64,000 nt of DNA from an uncultured delta proteobacterium (GTDB lineage Bacteria > Desulfobacterota > Desulfobacteria > Desulfobacterales > CAWEAR01), in the NCBI GenBank assembly GCA_963806835.1, contig CAWEAR010000013.1, positions 16,901-80,900 on the forward strand, given 5' to 3'. The position numbers were made by a program, and so were the translations under genes. Below, piece by piece: positions 59,642-64,000 of the stretch. The notes beneath the pieces were generated by a model that was given only the letters and a program-made list of their open reading frames with translations, ran no database searches and was not told where the DNA came from. How positions within the stretch are numbered: the stretch's first letter is position 1; each line of letters opens with the position of its first letter.

Positions 59642-60811
59642 TCAGGATTTCTGATAGGTACAGATAGCAAATAAACCGACTCCTATAAACATAATCACTG
59701 CTCCAAAGGTGAACGCCTGACGAAGGTGAAAATAATCCATAATCAATCCGGCAAGAATAGCCCCGACCGTCATTCCGCCGCTGTGAGCCATAGTCATAAT
59801 TGCCATAACGGATCCCATTGCGCCGGTTTTATTCCCTTTCTTCGCTGCCATTGCCATTATCGGAGACATGCTGATTCCGCCGCCTATACCGAAAAACAGA
59901 TTAATCAGAAATAAATCCCAAAATCCCCTTGACCATTCAAATGACAAGACCGCACAGGCAACAATCAGCCCCCCGATAACAGAAAGCATTCTTTTACGGG
60001 TAATCCTGTCCGCCAAAGGACCCATAAGTGCATTCATCAAACCGCTTACAGATAGTCCAAGTGTAACAAGGATGCCGATACGGGAGCTTGAGAGAGAAAA
60101 TTCGGAATCTGCAAATATCGGTAAAAATCCCCATATCATTCCGATACATGCAGTATAGGCAAATCTGAATGAAAAATACCCTGCAATCTCTCTGTCTTTT
60201 AAAAGCACTCCCCATGTTGCGGGGATTCTCCGGCGGGAGATTGCACGCTCCGAATATGTGGGCGGAAGGAGAAAAAGACTGAGGCAAAAAGCGATTAAGG
60301 CAAGAACCCCCATACAGATAAATGAGGATTGAAGACTGAAATAATCTTTTATAACTCCTCCGGCTAAAGGTCCCAGACTCAATCCCATGAATACAGACAT
60401 ATTAAAGAGTCCCATGGTAGAGCCTTCACGGTTCGGCGGTGATATATCTCCTACATAAGCCTGAGTCACGGGCATGATCATTGCAGAGGCAATCCCCTGA
60501 ATAAACCGGATGGCAATCAGAGATTCAATACTTTTTGAAAAAATAAAGGCTATTGAGATTATTGTATAGGCAAAAAGACCCGTAACAATATACGGTTTGC
60601 GACCGTTCTGATCTGAAGACCTGCCGAAAAAGGGTAAAAAGAAAGTTCTTGAAAGGGAAAAGACTCCGAAGATCAGTCCGATGTATATGCCGCTGGCACC
60701 AAGATCATGGGCATAGACCGGCAGCAAAGGCACAACAATTCCAACTCCTGTAACTGAACTGAAGATCGAAAAAAACAGGATGGCAAAGATTTTTTTGTCT
60801 GATTTATCCAT
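59642..60811 (-). CDS. MFS transporter (12 TM)
   Basis: Contains the MFS loop motif FFGRSSDQNGRKP and a polytopic hydrophobic profile. 389 aa. Confidence 0.8.
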   Translation of the reverse strand: MDKSDKKIFAILFFSIFSSVTGVGIVVPLLPVYAHDLGASGIYIGLIFGVFSLSRTFFLPFFGRSSDQNGRKPYIVTGLFAYTIISIAFIFSKSIESLIAIRFIQGIASAMIMPVTQAYVGDISPPNREGSTMGLFNMSVFMGLSLGPLAGGVIKDYFSLQSSFICMGVLALIAFCLSLFLLPPTYSERAISRRRIPATWGVLLKDREIAGYFSFRFAYTACIGMIWGFLPIFADSEFSLSSSRIGILVTLGLSVSGLMNALMGPLADRITRKRMLSVIGGLIVACAVLSFEWSRGFWDLFLINLFFGIGGGISMSPIMAMAAKKGNKTGAMGSVMAIMTMAHSGGMTVGAILAGLIMDYFHLRQAFTFGAVIMFIGVGLFAICTYQKS

Positions 60812-60819
60812 TCAATATT

Positions 60820-60854
60820 AAAACCCTAGGGGTTTCTGAAACCCTAAGGGTTTT
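60820..60854 (-). terminator. Family-6 hairpin between the small secreted-protein gene and the MFS gene
   Basis: AAAACCCTAGGGGTTTCTGAAACCCTAAGGGTTTT. On the minus strand the stem is followed by TTTTAATATT. Confidence 0.45.
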
Positions 60855-60860
60855 ATAAAA

Positions 60861-61178
60861 TCATTCGGGATGTGTTACCGTAACATTTACAACAACCTCT
60901 TCTCCGGTTGAGCTGTTTCTGATGCTTACATTTCCATTTCCGAGATTAGTAACCTCAACTTTATTCCCTTTATAAGCACTGCTTAATACATATTTTGCTT
61001 TATTCGGATCGGTTATTGTTCCTGTTGTTTTTGCTCCGTGTTTGGAATAAAAATTTTTGACTGATATTTTTATCCCAAATTCTTTCAGCGAAAGATACGC
61101 TCCCCATCCTGTCCCTGATGATGCAAATATTAATGTTGTAAAAACAACGGTAATTATAAAAACCATTTTCCTAAACAT
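60861..61178 (-). CDS. Small secreted protein of unknown function (about 105 aa)
   Basis: ATG at 61178 preceded by a strong AGGAGG Shine-Dalgarno 7 nt upstream. Signal-like N-terminus MFRKMVFIITVVFTTLIFASSG and a beta-rich remainder. The longer ORF-track start lies in a CGCAAAG repeat. Confidence 0.55.
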   Translation of the reverse strand: MFRKMVFIITVVFTTLIFASSGTGWGAYLSLKEFGIKISVKNFYSKHGAKTTGTITDPNKAKYVLSSAYKGNKVEVTNLGNGNVSIRNSSTGEEVVVNVTVTHPE

Positions 61179-61331
61179 AATTATCCTCCTCATTTTACTA
61201 TATGCTTTTGCGTTCTTTGCGTGGAATATGAGCCGATTTTCACGCAAAGGGCAGAGAACACGCAAAGGGCGCAGATAAAAACCTTATTTCTGATAAAGTC
61301 TGAAGAATTATAAACATAAAATAATAAAGGG

Positions 61332-62282
61332 TCAACGAAAACTTTTTTTTTCGGCAGAGGTAGAAGATTTTTTCTGTTTTTTCTCTTTCTTCTCTTTAAC
61401 ATTCCCGTCTGAAAAGCCATAGTCAGCTCTGCACTTCTGAACATATTCCTGAAATTCGGATTCCCTCTGCTTATGCTTATCTGACATATTATCAAGACCC
61501 CGGCGCATTTTGCGTGAATATCCGTTTAAAACCAGCTTATTCAGAAAAATCCACCCTTCATTCAGTTCCCTGATTCCTGAAAGGATATTCTTTTTTCTGA
61601 TTTCAATCTCCTGATGAGAATCCTGAATAATCTTCTGATAAACCGAAGATGATCTTTCAGGTTGATGATTTTCAGATTCTGCTCTGAATCTTTTTTCATA
61701 AGTATCTTCATATTTGTTCATATCCTCAAATGTTTCATTAAGTTCTCCGACTTTTTCATCACCCTCTCCCTCAATACTTAACAACAGTGTAGGGCGTCTT
61801 TCAATTCTCTCTCCCAGAACATCCATAAGATATGTTGCTTTTTTTAACATTCCTGTATGAGACTGAATAATTTTCCGCATTTTTTCAGATTCTTTTATAA
61901 TGGATGCGATAATCTCCACTTCATCTGAAATTGCTGCCAGAAGCAACATCTGGTGTTTTTTGATCTTTCTGAAACACAGGTAAGTTTTTTCATCTGTTCC
62001 AGGGATCCCTTTGGATTGGACATTCAGTTTAAATCTGAAATTTACTATATGATTAAGCGATTTATCATATTTCAGAAGAATAACAGAAGACTCCCTCATT
62101 ACAGCTTTATAACATGCTTTATATTCATACTGAATCTTATCATGTCCCTGAAAATCGGGTTTGAGACCTGAATCAGCATAACTTGCTGAGGTTCTTATAT
62201 ACTGATCAAGGTGTGAAATAAATCTGTTCGCCTCAATATCCTGTATGAATTCTGTTTTCTGTCCGGTATTTTTCTTTTTCAT
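61332..62282 (-). CDS. Hypothetical protein (316 aa), K/E-rich, no recognisable domain
   Basis: A long ORF with coding-like composition and a charged C-terminal tail KEKKEKKQKKSSTSAEKK. Confidence 0.45.
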   Translation of the reverse strand: MKKKNTGQKTEFIQDIEANRFISHLDQYIRTSASYADSGLKPDFQGHDKIQYEYKACYKAVMRESSVILLKYDKSLNHIVNFRFKLNVQSKGIPGTDEKTYLCFRKIKKHQMLLLAAISDEVEIIASIIKESEKMRKIIQSHTGMLKKATYLMDVLGERIERRPTLLLSIEGEGDEKVGELNETFEDMNKYEDTYEKRFRAESENHQPERSSSVYQKIIQDSHQEIEIRKKNILSGIRELNEGWIFLNKLVLNGYSRKMRRGLDNMSDKHKQRESEFQEYVQKCRADYGFSDGNVKEKKEKKQKKSSTSAEKKSFR

Positions 62283-62390
62283 TATTTTTTAATGAGCATT
62301 AAAAATGTCAATTAGGAATTAGAAGTTAGAAATTAACATGATGTGCAACTTTTTATAATTTACTGATTTTAGAAGAAGTTAAGTTTCTAT

Positions 62391-62524
62391 GAGTTACGCA
62401 GTTGAAATTCACTTTTTTATTTAACCGCAAAGATCACAAAGTTACGCAAAATATATGTTTTAAAACTCTTGCGCCCTTTGCGGTTCATTTTTCCGATAAA
62501 ACTCCAAATGCGTAACTTCTAGTT
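62391..62524. repeat. Family-4 MITE-like element, inverted relative to the copy at 13941-14098
   Basis: GAGTTACGCAGTTGAAATTCAC...TTAACCGCAAAG...TTGCGCCCTTTGCGGTTCATTTTT...AAATGCGTAACTTCTAG. Confidence 0.8.
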
Positions 62525-62772
62525 TCTTTAAAAAATTTAGGAATGGAAATTCAATAATATCCTGTTTATAATCCTATGAAAGCACGCAATACAGTATCGT
62601 TATGATCAAAACGGGAAGTTATTTAATTTGCGTTCCTAATTGCCTTAGTATCGGGGATTAAATAACTTCCATATTCTGAAGAAAAAAATTTCCGAAGTTT
62701 CCGAAACGGTTCGACTGAGCTCACCGAAGTCTTCGGAAGTCTTTGCAGTCAGGTTATTTGCTCAGCGAATTA

Positions 62773-64000
62773 TCAGGCTTTGCCGTACAAATCTTTAACC
62801 TTTATCCGGTCAATTGTCCCGTCTGAATTTTTGGGAAGATCATCAACAAAGATAACATACCCCGGTTTTTTATACCGGGCAATCCGATCTGCAACAAAAT
62901 CTTTCAGTTCCTTATCTGTAAGAGAAGTTCCCTGTTTTAAAACGCAGATCGCTTTTATCCCCTCCCCGAATTTCTTATCAGGAACACCGATGACACATAC
63001 TTCTTTGACATTAGAATGTTGCAGAACCACCTCTTCAACCTCGGCAGGATAGACATTTTCACCCCCCTGGTTATAAGCTCTTTTTTCAGGTTTTCTCCCT
63101 TTAAACCAGAGGTATCCGTCTTCATCCAACTGCCCCATATTCCTGGGGATGGAGCCACTCACCCTTCACGGAATGTATAGTGGTTTAATTCTTCCTGTTT
63201 CCAGTAGCCTTGCAAGACCAGAGGTCCCTTAACCACAATCTCTCCTGTTTTTCCCGCGGGAGATCATAACTGTTGCCATCTACGATCTTCATCTTTGTTA
63301 CAAGCCCCTGAGTTCCCGCGCTTCCCGGACAGTTTTTCCATAGCAGGGGAGAATGTTACAAGACCTGTGGTTTCACTCTGCCCGTACAGAATCCAGAATT
63401 TGGCATTTGTTTTCCTCTCTTCAAAACTGCCTGATATTGTCAGGGCTCCGTTAATCCCCATAACAGTTTTTGGAGAAGAAACATCATGATTCCCTTTATC
63501 AATTTCTGGATGTCAGACGTGACAGAATCGGCGGGAAACTCCCGAATAGAGTAATCTTCTCCTTTTCAATCTGCTCCGCTGCTATTTTTTCATCAAATTT
63601 GGACTCCACAACATTTTTCTCCTCCCACCTGCATAACAGACATGGCAAGATTCATGCCGGTGATATGAAACAGCGGGAGCATACTCAGGTAAAGGCGTCA
63701 TTCCGGTTCAGTCCCATAGCAGCCGCTGTTCCCTGCATATTCCCAAGATGATATTACCGTGAGTCAGTACAGCCCCTCTCGGTTTCCCTGCCACAGCCGC
63801 TGTATGTATAATACAGACGGATCATCAGGATTAACATCCACATAGGCTGCGTTGCAGCACCTGATTTTATTAAATCATCAATGCCCGGTAAGCCTGCTGA
63901 CATTCGGATTCCATGCAGAAGATAGAACCCGGAGTACCATATCTGATACCATTTCTCCGATTTTATAGGTATAATTGCTGTCAACAACCATTGCTCTTGG
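62773..64000 (-). CDS. AMP-dependent acyl-CoA synthetase/ligase, fragmented by several frame breaks; 5' end outside window
   Basis: - C-terminal domain ORF 62773..63162 (DEDGYLWFKGRK...VADRIARYKKPGYVIFVDDLPKNSDGTIDR).
- ORF 63264..63461 contains YGQSETTG.
- Own translation near 63756-63788 gives GKPRGAVLTHGNI, and near 63650-63700 gives LPLFHITG. Confidence 0.65.

Overview
AT-rich bacterial chromosomal window. The source organism cannot be assigned without a database search.

(1) Bases 1-12.2 kb, minus strand: a classical translation and RNA-processing operon, rimP-nusA-infB-ylxP(DUF503)-rbfA-truB-rpsO-pnp, followed by an M16 peptidase. The 3' end of rseP lies at the left edge.

(2) 12.5-30 kb, housekeeping and envelope genes: tRNA-Gly(CCC), mltG, an MBL hydrolase, a SurA-like PPIase, rodZ-like, ppiD, two radical-SAM enzymes, a DmeF-like CDF transporter, selA, argJ, and PiT with a DUF47 protein.

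(3) 30.6-52.7 kb, a signalling, surface and matrix neighbourhood:
- a cNMP/GAF hybrid histidine kinase;
- capD/pglF-like, galE and gmd. The gmd gene carries a 406-aa LAGLIDADG intein;
- a giant repeat-rich adhesin of about 8 kb with a dockerin-like tail, followed upstream by 1.3 kb of repeat-filled non-coding DNA that includes a (GAGT)27 microsatellite;
- a PAS/HD-GYP protein;
- an ExeM/NucH-like extracellular nuclease carrying the same dockerin-like tail.

(4) 53.2-59.6 kb: a degraded IS5-family element followed by a 2,899-bp tandem duplication of glnE.

(5) 59.6-64 kb: an MFS transporter, two unknown proteins and a fragmented acyl-CoA synthetase.

Two window-wide properties stand out.
- Almost every intergenic region holds short hairpin or MITE-like repeats from at least six families. 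One family has expanded into a 36-bp in-frame array at the 3' end of nusA.
- There are more than 20 reading-frame breaks, including in essential infB and pnp. This points to indel errors in the assembly, so pseudogene calls here are unsafe.

No CRISPR array, rRNA or recognisable defence system was found.
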